DNA of 64,000 nucleotides, from the NCBI RefSeq assembly GCF_006345805.1, contig NC_043007.1:67146001-67210000 (forward strand). Direction: 5' to 3'. Every line of letters begins with the position of its first letter. Within the stretch, counting starts at the first letter, position 1. Of this stretch, positions 12,001 to 25,600 are shown one piece after another. The position numbers and the translations under genes were made by a program. The notes under the pieces were generated by a model. The model did not search any database and was not told where the DNA came from. It saw only the letters and a list, made by a program, of their open reading frames with translations. This stretch comes from Octopus sinensis. Lineage: Eukaryota.

Positions 12001-15000
12001 TTCCTGAACCTCATATGTAAAAAAAATAAATAAAAGAAACATGATGCAGCCCTTATAATCTCTAAGAACGGAGTTTATTTAGATTTCAATAAATAAACTG
12101 ATTACTTACCGACCATTCTTTGATGAGTTCATCCCAAGATGTCAGTGATGACAATACGTCGAGCAACTGGTGCCACAAGTCAGCTGATATATATACACTT
12201 AAATTTGCTTTGATCCATGTGACAATCAGTGTCTAAAGACAGATAGAAAAAAATGTGAAGAAAAAATAACTATAAAAGTTATTTTAATTTGTTAATTTAA
12301 TAAATACCACCAAATAACCTGAGACTTGAAAGTTAATGAAATTCAGTAAAATCTCCAAATTAGTAGTTTATAATGAAGATCTAAAGACATAGGTAGGTTA
12401 ATGTCAGTGTACACTGAATCACCTTTGACGTTTCATCTCCAATTTAACAAGCAGTCAAACGGCCAAGGAATTTCTAACTGCGATACAACACAATCCAACA
12501 AGCTCTAGCTCAATGGAAGATCACAACATTCCCAATGAGACACAAAACTACAAACTATGAATCAATTTGAGAGATGCCAACTCATTTCTGTTGAGACACA
12601 AAAAGATCAGCACACTATAATGACAAATCACATTATTGGTGGTAAGAGTCAATGCTACATTTTACAGGTTAACTACAAAGATGATACACAACACTTGGAC
12701 AAAAAAATTTCCAAGCTTTTAATCAAGAGACTTTACCATAGATCTTGCAGATGTTGTGTCTCTCTGCCCCACCAAAAGAATACGACTTGTATCTAGCAAT
12801 ACAGTTCTACTAGTACCATAAATCCTCAAGTATAATCCGCATTTTTTCCCAAAAATTTAAAGGTCAAAATTCCTAGTGTGTACTATATACGAGGTTAAAA
12901 ATGAAAAACATTTTCTAAGCAATGTCCGAGTCTCTACTTGCTGTCCGGCAATGTTTATTCAGACGCATTTTGCGATGTCGGACATGAAAATACCTTAAGC
13001 TAAGCCTGAAAGCAATGAAGTCATAAAAGAATCATCTATAACTTGCAGTAAGCAACATTTATTAAACGCTATTACTGTTATTTCTTTATTTTTTGCAAAC
13101 AAAATGCACAAAAAAGCTACACATTTGCATTATGTTATATATACAATAATAATAAAGGACGATACCGTATACATTTTTACAAACCAAGGACATTATATAG
13201 ACCTCCTTGACTCAAGTTAGAGAAGGGGTTCGTATTATACACAAGGTTTAGGTTTTTCAGAGGTACAGCCACCTAAAAATCCCCTACGTATTATACTCAA
13301 GGGCGGACTATACTCAAGGATTTACGGTAATCAAAACATCCAGGCGTATATTGAAAGAGAGTTTTCACAACAAAGACATCTCCTTGAAAGGTACACAGTT
13401 TAATTGTTATTAGATGGTTATATCCATCAGGAGTTTACATCTTAAGAATTTAGTGATTTACAATTTAAAATATTGATATTTAACTTACTTGAAAGATTGG
13501 CTGAACAAGTTTTCCTCCCAAAGTTCGGAACCGATCTGTGGGTGGGCTCTTCTTCAAAACACCAGAGGTAACACATAATAATACCAATAAGGTCTGCTCC
13601 CTTGAAAGATGAGAATAAAATAATTGATTTTAAAATGTTTATACTTAAATGTGAACTTCCAATGAAAATGTTTGATACAAGAGTTACAGGTAGTATGGGA
13701 ACAAAATATTTAAGTTAAACTAATACAGAAATGTAATTAATAGAGTATAGGTAACATGGAGTAGTGTGGAATATAACATAAGAATAAAGGAAAGCCCAAA
13801 TTTTATATAAAACCATTGCTTGAGAATGATAAACAGCAGGAAAACTGAGCAGGAAGAATGGAGATATGGTACTAGATGTGTTGACCAGTGTGATATCTAC
13901 ACAAAGATAGATTCAAACAGCACAAGCATATGACACTACATGTGATGTTAGACAAGGATGACATGAAGATGTGACAACAGAGTAAAAGAAAGCAAAAATG
14001 AGAAGCTGAGATACATGATGGAGACTGGTGATGAGAACAATGCTGACAATGATGCAGATGATCTTTTGAAAAATATTAATATAAAAGTCAAAGTAGTGAG
14101 TTACTGATAAAAAAAAAAATGATGAGGAGGATAATTATTTTATATTGGTCTCAAATTTTGGCACAGGACCAACAATTTGGGGAAGGAGTAAGTCAATTAC
14201 ATTTACCCCAGTACTCAACTGGTACATATTTTATTGACCCCAAAAGGATGAAAGGCAGAGCCAGCCTCAGCAGATTTTCAACTCGAAACATAAAGGTGGA
14301 CGAAATGCTGATAAGCATTTTGCCTGGCAAGCAAACAATTCTCCCAGCTCATTGCCTTATAATTATTTTATACTGACATTAAGTTATACATGTTTAGGAA
14401 AGTAAAACCTAGGAATTGCCTCAATCATGTCTTTGTTTGTTTTTTTTTTTTTTTTTTGAAAAGACAGAAACTTTAAAGTCAAGTAGTCTGAAGAGCAATG
14501 CCAGAACATAATTTTTAGGTTTGAACTTTGAGTAGATAGTAAAAAAACCAGTCAATCAATTAATCAATGATACTTACCAAGTTTTAGGTGCAAGCTGTAT
14601 ATTCAAAATAATGTGTCTGTAGATGTTCAAGACACGCTTACATAAATCAACCTACAATATGAAAAGCAGACAGTGAAAGGTAACATTTGCACATAAAGTG
14701 CACTTAAACTTAAGAAAAGGTAATTGAGAGAGAGAGAGAGAGAGAATCAAAATTTAAACAACTGACATGTAAAAGAATTAACATATATTCTAAGAAAATA
14801 AAGTGTGTGCTTATGTATGTGTAAGGATGTATAATGGGTGGGGTAATCATAGCTAATATGGAAAGGCTTTAACTTCAAACTTAGCTAATGTATCATTTTT
14901 AATTATGGTAGTGAGGTCAGTTTTGTATTTTACTAATCTGATAGATCAACCATTGTTCTGCCATTCAAAAAAAAGTATCAAGATTAAATTTTCAAGCGAT

Positions 15001-18000
15001 TTTTTAACAAGTCAAAGCAAAACAAAAAACGAAATCAAATAAACAGTTTAATAGTTATATGAAATATTTTTTCCATTCAAATATAACAAAATTGTTTCCT
15101 TAAAAAATTATCAAGATTACAGGTTAAATTTTTAATTTAATAATTTGGAACGAAATTTATGTGTATCACACAAAGTGATTTCTATGCACACACTATTTTC
15201 CATCATACATCAATGAGTTACTAACCTGTTCGAGAAGCAAATTCCCATCATCTTCAGCTTCTAACAAGAAAATATTTGCTGCATTAGTGATGAAAACTTG
15301 TAATACTTTCTGTAATCCAGCCCTAACATCGTAGTTTTGCTGCTCTCCTCGATCTGCTAGCTCTTGAATTGCTCCTAAGTATGATGCATTTCTCAAGTGG
15401 GACTTGTCAGGAAGATCGTTGACCAAAGGTAAACGGGAATTCGAAGATGCAGGAGATTCCTGGAGGGTGGATATGGAAGAAGAGAATACGCAAAAAAAAA
15501 AGAAAGAAAGAAAGAAAATCTATATAGTTAGCAGCACAAAAATATATTCATAATAAACAAATACAGGAAACTAGTTACAACTATTATTATCTCACAAATG
15601 AATTATGAGAACAAACTATATTTGCCAGCATATAAACTGTGTCTACTTCAAAATAATATTCCGCAATATTCACTGTAGTATGCACAGTAATTTACAGTAA
15701 GTATACCATATTTGCCAGCATATATGATGTGCTTTTCCTATTTTTAACTATATCAAAACATTGCCCCTGCATTCAAAGTGATCATGCTACAGATGAGAGA
15801 CTAAGTGCCATAGACCAGAGAGCTATATGGGCATAAATCCACTAAATACACTAGTTCTTACTTAATAATTAAATATTGAAAACAAGCCAAATTATCACAG
15901 TTTGTTGGCACAAACATGAAAAATTGCTTACAATATGTCAGCAGTTATGTAGAAAGGTCACATCATCTCATTAGACCTCCTTCTCCAGCATACATAACCT
16001 ACACCTGATATGTGTCATTTTATTTAATGACTGGGTTTTTTTTAATTATGTAAATGAAAGATTCTATTTGAAAGATGAAAGGAACATAAGCAAATTTTCT
16101 TCTACCTGTCACCTGTTTGCAATCAGTGGGTCTTTTATCTTTTATTTGCTTCACTCATTTTTCTGCAGCCATGCTGGGACACTGCCTTGGAGAATTTTTA
16201 GTCAAATAAATCGATCCTTTCCGCTTTTTTTTTTTTCACGCCCAAAGTTTGATACTTATTCTATTGGTGCCTTTTGCTGAACTGCTAAGTTACAGGGACA
16301 TAAATACACCAACACTGGTTGTCAAGCAGTGACAGGGGACAAACATAGACATAAAGACACACATAGATGTGTGTGTGTGTGTGTGTACATATGTATGTAC
16401 AATGAGCGTCTTTCGATTTTCATCAACCAAATCTTTGGTCAGCCCAAAGCTATAGTAGAAAAGGCTTGCTCAAGGAGCTATGCAGTGGGACTGAACCCGG
16501 AACAATGCAGTTGGGAAGTAAGCTTCTTACCACACAGTTACACCAGAACAGTGGTGCCCCACTCTGGTGGCCAATCTAGATAACACAAAACATCACAAGC
16601 AGAAATACAAGTTTTACACCCTGTATAGCAATTGTCTTGACAAAAATTTGAGCAACTATGTAGATGATCTAAAAGAATATAAAGTCAAAATACAGTTTCC
16701 CCATACCATAGTTTATAAATTTATGATTTCATTCTTTATTTCAATATACTGTCACAATAATGTACTTATATGCACAGAATCACAGAATTTTCAAATATCT
16801 TTCAGTAAGTGTATGATGAAATATACAAGTTCTTTTTCCACAAATTACGCTTGTAAAATAAGGGTCTGTCTTATGCAAGTGTATCTTATATGCTGGCAAA
16901 TACAGTAGTTAGAAAATAGGTTTTTATTCCTCTCAACACACACATGCACAAATTCCTGAAAAAAAAAAGTGAAATGTAAAATCTTTGTGCCTATTATATG
17001 CCAGCAAATACAGCAACTGTCAAAAACTCTTATGGACAATGCAACAAAAACATTTAATAATCAAATGTAGTCAGTTTGGCTTGTGTTTGTTTTATCATTT
17101 ATAATTAAAACTTAAAAATTGAAATAAAGCTTTTTAAAGCTTTCAGTTTGTTTATTCTTCCACCCTTCATTTTGCTAAAGACACACAACTTGCAAGCAAT
17201 GAACACCACATACTACTACATAAGCAAAGCTAAATGTGGGCGGTGATGTGATTTATAAATGGTTAATATGATGAAGTTGTGAGAGAGCTGACTCAATGCT
17301 ATGATCTTATTTTAAAAATTTGATAGAATGCTGACATTGATTTCTTTAGTTTGAGCACATGAGCAAGTTAATATGTAGGTGGCTTAACACTGATCAATTT
17401 CCTATTAACTGATTATACAAGCCGTTTTGATACCAAACTAGATGCCACCAAGAACTAATCCTAGTGAAACATTTTTTTAAATCCCATTATAAGGACAGAA
17501 AAACTAATAAATTTATTTTTGTCTTGTATAACTTTGGAAATTACATTTATGATTTTTCATGAACATTAACAAAGCAAGGAAAATCCAAGTGGGCTTCATA
17601 TCCAAATGAGAGTTAAGTGTGTCTAGTTAAAGAATGCACTAAAATACAAACTGAAACATGCTGTGTATATGACTACTCCACAATTATGCAACAACTAAAC
17701 AGTCTAAAATAATTTCATACAAAAAGCAAATATGTTAAAACACTTTAAAGGAATTTTTCATCTTTTTAAGCTCTTTTTTTATTTTTTCATTTAACAATTA
17801 CACTTTTGAAATATCATCAAAAGACCATTGGAAACAACAATTCAAACTGAGAACAAAAGAAATTGTTGCAGAGTCAATAACTAGGATTTTACTTCTTTTT
17901 TTTTTTCTTTCCTACACTCCCACCCTCTCTCCCTATTAATCCAAAGGAACCCAGTGCTTAACCTATTAATGCAGATTGTCTCAAAAACAGTTGAAAATTT

Positions 18001-21000
18001 GTTGTAATTTATTATAGAAAGAAAACTGAATTTTATGCATTAATACAAACGGGATGAATTGGCAGAGTCATTTATGTGTCAGAATACTTCACATTATTTG
18101 TTCCAATTCTCTGAGTTCAAATCCCTATAAAGTCAACTTGGCCTTCCATCCTTTAAGGGTCAATTAAAAAAAGTTCCTATCCAAGGCAGTGAATTGGTGA
18201 AACTATATGAATACCAGACCAGATGCCTTGTGATATTCATTCCAGGTCACTGGGCTCTTAGTTCAAATTCTACCATTGCCTACTTAGATGGGAGACTTAA
18301 CCCCTTGCCCAGTTTAGCACCACCACCAGGCACCTTGGGTGCCTTTGGCAGAGAACACTTTGTTGCAAGCATTCAGGCTAGCTTTCTGCTTAGAGGATAT
18401 TTTCTCCTTCCCTCCTTCCTTATCAAACTCAGAGGCCTGTCTTTCCTCTTGAATAAAAGATAATAAAAAAAATAATATATGAAGTTTTAAATTTTTATTA
18501 TGCAATCAATTACAACTAAAAATATTTTGAAATGTGCAATTTTCTGACTGCCCTGTCTTGGGACCCATTCATCAATGTGTTCATAAAAACCTCAAACAAC
18601 TGAGACCTATCCAGATCATAGACCTGTAGTAAACATAGCAGTACAATACTGCACACATATTAAGACACACTTCACCTCTCCACTTCTACATTCTTCACCA
18701 GATGTCAACACACAAAATAGAAAGAAAAAAAATGTTCTCAGATTATATATCACACAAAACATAACCTTGAAACAATTACTGTGAGGGTTTTTACTTAGAC
18801 CCAGCCACCCATACATCCATTCAGCCATCTTCTCAACCCACTACTCTTGTTGAAGGTCGTGGGGTTGCAACCATCATTAAACTTTCTGGCTAGATTTCCA
18901 AACCTGACCAATAGCAACTAGGAAAATTACTCAACCATCTGGTTCTGGGTCTACCTCTATGCCTCATGGCAGTTGGCTGAGCTTGAAGAATCTATCTTGC
19001 AATTTTTTCCTACAACATTCTAATCAACTGTCCGTAGTGCCAGACCTCATTTTTTTCTTTATTTTTTTACTTACTATTGGTCAAAAATGAAAATAGCATC
19101 TAAAGTTTCAAGAGTCTTAAAAGCTAATTTACATAAGAGATATCTTCTCAGAAAACTTTAGTTTACTGAATTCACAAGGAAGATCTGATGGAAATAGATA
19201 CATTCCTAGTTTTAATATATTTTTAGCTTGACTAGCAGTCATAAACTCTCTGGAATAGTTCCATTTCATGAAAGGTACTTTTGAAACCATAACTTATTAA
19301 ATTATCTATATTTTTATATTGTAGTGCTGAAAGCAAACCCATATGGTCCCAGATGCAGTTACCACCAGAAACTAAGTGACAATGCAAAGTATTAATTCTA
19401 CAAGCCATGAAAATCTACATAAAGCATCATTAATGATGTCATGATTACACATTACTTTAACCCTTTCATTACCACCCAGCTGAAACTGGCTCTGAGTACA
19501 AATGTCTTGTTTTCATAAGTTTTGAATTAAAATCTTCCACTGAACCTAAGTTAAAATCTATGTTCCTAACACTAGCTGAATGATTAAATTATTTTACTAA
19601 ATTCTTTGTTATATTTAAAGTAATTGAAAGAAACACAGAGCTTCTCAAAAGAAATACAATAACGAAAGGGTTAAGAACTATAGACTCAGATTAAGAATTA
19701 TATGTTCAACCTCACATTTTTCAGTTCTTTTGAGTATCCATATTGACATGTATAATTAGATCAATTATACATATGTTGATTTAATTAACTTATAGCAGGA
19801 GAGTTTGGTCTGGAGCCTAGTGAACAGAAATTTATTAGGCGCTGTGGTAAGAGCCTTTGAACTTATTTCTCATGAATGCAAATAGATTTATAAACCCAAT
19901 ATAAAAAAATCTCATAATTCTTAACATTAGCAGTAAGAAATAAATAATGTGTTCATAAGAAAGCTCAACCCAAAAGCACATCATTCATGCAAAAGACAAT
20001 CTAGTATTTTCAAAACATTTTTAACTAAGACACAAGCAAGGAAAACAGTAAGGAGAGCTTCTACATTTAAGTGGGCAATATCATTTGTACTAAATGATTT
20101 AAAGTTTAAAAGATTAAGACATATGTTTTAATTTTAAAGAAAATTATGGTACATGCTTTTTAATATGTATAATTTTCTCCACAAGTTCCAAGCTCACATT
20201 TTTTTTAAATGGTAAACTGTGTCTTTCATCCCTCCAGGAAACAATAAAATAGGCACCAGCTACAGTAAACACATTTTCTTATATAATCTTATGACATTAA
20301 TAACATGACGACCTCAATAAGTCAGGGCCAAGTCCCTTAACATACATAATATAATGGAGGACTTTTTTTAAGTCAAATTCATTATAAGTTTACCATCACC
20401 TTTTGTTTCTAACAAAAATCAGTATTTCATGATTATAGCTTGTCTGTACACAATTACACCTTTACAACCAGTGATACAGTGGTATCACAGATCAATAATC
20501 AATATTTTTCTTTTAACCTCTAGACAAATTAGGCAAAAAAAAAAACACAATATCACTAAGGCATTTAAAAACATTACCCTCCTTACTAGGTTAAAAAATT
20601 TCATCCATATGCTCCACTCTTCCATGTGCCCACCTCCATTAATTGTTTTAACTCAGTGTTTTGCTACCATATCCAACTCCCAACCACATTGAATTAATTT
20701 TCCAGGCAATCACTTTCTGATCTAAGATATCACAAACATGTAATCACCCACCTCGTGTGGATTTCTACCATCTGTCCCACTAAGAGGTACTGTATTTGTC
20801 ATTTACAATGGCATCCTGATGCAGACTTTATGTAAACCAAGCTAACTCCTCAAAATCAAACTTTACTTTTGACAAGATGGTCATGACTGGAAAGCCTTTC
20901 ATTAAAGATCTGCTCAAAGAAAGCAGACTTAGGGATTAACAACAGCAAATAAGTACTACACAAGTAAATTCCTAAAGACCATCTAAAGTCCAATTTAAGG

Positions 21001-22147
21001 CCTAAGATGCATTTCACCACCCTTTTAAAACTGAACCTTAAGGCTCAGGTACTCACAGACAAAACAGCAGGTAGAAAGATAACAGAAATAATTTTAGCAA
21101 AAGAGAGGAATTCACAATGAAGAGACAATAATAAAATAGTTAACAATATTCAATCATAAATGATTCTCACTAAGTATTCAGGGAAATATTTTGAAAAATA
21201 CACTATTATTCTAGTTGAATTAGAAAGAGGTAAAAAAATAACTGGAAGAATGAGTAAAAACAAAAAGAATAATTAAAACATAAAGATGAAACAATTAAAA
21301 CAATACCGTAAATCTCTAAATGAAAGACAATCCACTTTAGGAACACCAAGTACAATTTTCCATACAGGTGTTGTTTATCCCAACATCAGCTCTGGTCAAA
21401 TTCATTCCAGCCATGGCCAGCCAGCCATGTAGTAAGACTACACTAACAAACATACACTTTCTTATCTGTGATTTGAGCAAAATTTGGTTTCTATTTCTAG
21501 CAAACTGAACATGTGTAAGGCCTCCTTCATTAGCTTCTCCATATAGACTAGAAATTGCCGACATTAATTTGCGTGTAATAATGTTAACAAAACTGAATCT
21601 GGGCTAGTCTGACAAACAGACTCACTAAGTAATAATCTGCAATGCTTTATTTGTGGGAGGATAAAACAAGAGGAGAGAGGGAGACTAGTGAGATAGAAAC
21701 CAACATTTTTAAACAAGCTTTGCAATGAAGTTTCAATGACTGATCTACACAAAAAGTATATTTTTATCACAACACTGAATAGGAATCTTCTAAGTATATC
21801 ATTTTTGTGCATATATTTATATATGTATACACACACAACACATATACGCATGATATATATATATATATATATATTTATATCATCAGTTAACGTTTGCCCT
21901 CCAGGCTAGCATGGGTGGGATGGTTTCACAAGAGCTGGCCAGGCAGAAGCATGCACCAGACTTCTGACTGTTCTGGCAGGATTTTTACAGCTGGATGCCC
22001 TTCCAAACACCAACCACTTTACAGTGTAAACAGTGCTTTTAAGTGTCACCTGCACTGACAGGGTCACCAAGTACATGCAAGACCAAAAAAAAAACTTTCA
22101 AGAGGGGAAGAGGAGGTGTGTGTGTGTGTGTGGTGTGTGTGTGTGTG

Positions 22148-22217
<70 letters not shown>

Positions 22218-22328
22218 ATATATATATGGAAAGAAGATATCAGAGAATTTGTTTTTGAAAATGCACCTTAATTCGAAAAATGTGTAAGCATGTTTTTCAA
22301 ATTCAAGTGCATTTTCAAAAACAAATTC

Positions 22329-22394
<66 letters not shown>

Positions 22395-22618
22395 CATATA
22401 TGTGCATACACACACACCTCTCATCTTTAACTGGTTTCACTCATTAGACTGTGGCCATGCTGGGGCACCACCATGAAGAATTTTTAGTTGAATGTATCAA
22501 CCCCAGTATTTATTTTTTAAATACTGGTACTTATTCTATCGGTCACTGTGCTGAACCACTAAGTTACAGGGACATCAGTACCAGCTGTCAAGCAGTGGTG
22601 GGGGACAAACACAGACAT

Positions 22619-22678
<60 letters not shown>

Positions 22679-25600
22679 CTACATACATGCAACATGCTTC
22701 TTTCAGTTACTATCTAGGAAATCCACTCACAAGGCATTGATTGGCCCAGGGCTAAAGTAGAAGATACCTGCCCACGATGCCATGCAGAGGGACTAAACCT
22801 GGACCCATGAGGTTAGGAAGCAAGGTTCTTACCACACGGCCATACCAGCACCTTTGTTTACCATTCACCCCTATTCCCCATGACTATCCATTTGCCATTC
22901 CTTTCACACTCTCAGAATTACCAACCCCAACCCATTCCTCCTGGTCCAACCCTGCCCAATCCTCTGGACTACTACATTCATTTTCACCTTCATGTAAGCT
23001 GATAGTACAACCTAACACCACCTCACCATCTTCCTTCCATTTCCAAATGGTGTAATCGTGTATATTTTTCACTGCAAGGCACCATTTTCCATCACTTTAT
23101 CACACTTTAACCTCTCATCACCTGGCATAAAACCACCTCCCTCAATACTACACCCACCACCACATTAGTGTTGCAAGTTACTTGGTGACCTCACAAGTGC
23201 CAGTGCCACATGAAACACAGAACACTGTGAAGTTGCTGGTATTAGGAAGGGTATCCAGCCATAGAAGCTATGCCAAAGCAAACATTGGAGTTTGGTGTAG
23301 TCCTCTAGTTCATCAGCTCATCTCAAAGTGTCCAACTCATACCAGCATGGAAAAACACATTAAACAATGATAATAATGATAGGAGTCAAAACTTGAGTTG
23401 CAGATTAAGTACCTCACAAACTCTACATAACAATAAGGTATCCACCACAACACCAAAAAATTTATTTACTAAGAAAGCCAATTTCTTATAAGGGACTGAA
23501 TATGGCTGATGGATTTAAACTAGGTTTACTGCTGGTATCTATTTTATCCCCCTTGGTGAGATGAAAGGCAAAGTCAAAGTAGTTGAGTTTTGAACTCAAA
23601 TATTCAAAAGCCATTTAGTCAGCATGCTTTGTCTCAGCCACTTCCAGTGTAACATCAACAATAATGACCACAATAATATGTACAACAGTAACAATAATAA
23701 TAATAATAACAACATAACAGCAATAATATCAACAGTTAACAATAATAATAGCAACAATCACAACATTGTAATAATATTAACAATTTTAATAAAAGCAAAA
23801 TCAAACCAAAACAAAAATAAAAATTATGAAGAAATTAGTTGTACATGAAGCATTAAACAAACGTAAGCCAGTGGTGGTTAGACATTACATATTGATTGAT
23901 AGGGGAGGGAGGAGTAAGGGATTGATTTCTGTTCTAATAAGCAAGCAGTTGAGGAGTCAGAGCGTGGGAGACACAGGGGTGGGCAAGGTGAGGAAGTGAC
24001 AAGAGTGAAGGGGGTGGAGGTTAAAGAGTCTAATGATAACAGTTATCATCCTTATTAATATTTAAAGTGTAAAAGGATTAAGGTACACACTATGAAGTAA
24101 GTATATTTGTCTCCTTCAATTTCAAATTCATGTTTTTTTTTTGTTTTGTTTCTTTTTTTTCTTCTTTTTTTTACAAAGGGTTAATTGTGTCTTGCATCCC
24201 TCCAGGAATCAACAAAATAAGAACCAGTTTCAATAAATGTGTTATTCTTCAAATATAATTTTAATCAAGGGAAAACATGAACAAATACCATAAATAAATT
24301 AGTGATGTAATGAAAAACTCAAAGTGATGATAGTGGGAATGTGGGTAGCGAAATAAGTACACTAATGATGATGATGATGATGATGATAAGGGAGGATAAG
24401 AGAGAGGTAGGGAGGATAAGAGAGAGGTAGGGAGGATAAGAGAGAGAGGTAGGGGTAGGATGATGAGAGATAGGGAATATAAGAGAGAGAGATAGGGAGG
24501 ATGATGAGAGAGAGAGAGATAGGGAGGATGATAAGAGAGAGAGAGAATGACAGGCTATGAACCTACTTCCAAAGAAAATTTTTATATGTAATATAAAAAA
24601 AGTAACAACAAATTCAATTGAAACAGTAGTGGTACTACCATATGAGTTCAGGGTGGAATAGCATACTTGTTATCTTCTAGTACCATAATGATCCAGTCAG
24701 ACTGTTCACTCAGCTGGTTGTCTTATAGACAACCATAGACACAAACTGACCATTCAGTTGGCTGTATGGTACCCAGTTGACACAGTCATTCACACACTGA
24801 AGTAGTAATAAATGAGTTTAGTCAACACTTCAACTGCTCTCCTGAATCACCAGGGAAATGTTTGTCTTCAGCTTTCTTGGATAGAATACTGTTGTATTGC
24901 TAGCAAATTACACACACACACACACACACTACATGGCCGAAATATAAACTGAAAATCAATGAAATACCTGTCAATTCCTAATGCTTCCACACTTTATAAC
25001 AGTAAATTCTACCATCAATGGTATCTATTTCGGATGAAGTGAACTCATACCACCAACCTCTAAGGAGAGTTTTGAATTGTCATAGACACAAACATCATAG
25101 AGAACAGCATATGAAATGCTGCAACCTTCCCCTCCTTCATGGATGACTAGTTCGCACCATTACCTTTGACATGTGGTAAGAAGCTTACTTCCCAATCACA
25201 TGGTTACAGGTTCAGTCTCACTACATAGCACCTTGGGCAAGTGTCTACTGTAGCCTCAAGCCGACCAAAGCCTTGTGAATGGATTTGGTAGAATGAAACT
25301 GGAAGAAGCCCACTGTATAGATAAGTATATATTTATGTGTGTGTCTTTGTTAGTCCCCCACCCTAGCCACCAGCTGACAACCAATATTGATGTGTTTAAC
25401 TTAGTAGTTTAGCAAAAAGAGACTGACAGAATAAGTACTAGGCTTTCAAAAAAAAAAAACCTGGAGTCGATTTGTTGAACTAAATCATTCAGTCAACTGA
25501 CTGAAACAAGTAAAAGATATACCAACAGCAACTTTTTAGCTCTTTAGCATTCAGATTACTCAGGCAAATGTAATGTTCTTTTAATCACATTGTTTTTAAT

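Noticed and set aside
12420-12800. Possible very old LINE remnant
   Set aside because: Could not recover convincing RT motifs by eye.
21337-21851. Two abutting minus-strand ORFs (95 and 75 aa) and a nearby GTGAGT donor
   Set aside because: No recognisable homology, no phase-compatible exon, and the start lies in microsatellite sequence.
20219-24260. Two copies of a ~60-bp motif (gtgtcttkcatccctccagga...accag) at about 20219 and 24187
   Set aside because: Reverse complement matches the common short SINE-body repeat (ctggtacttattttat...gatgaaaggcaaag) found throughout the window.
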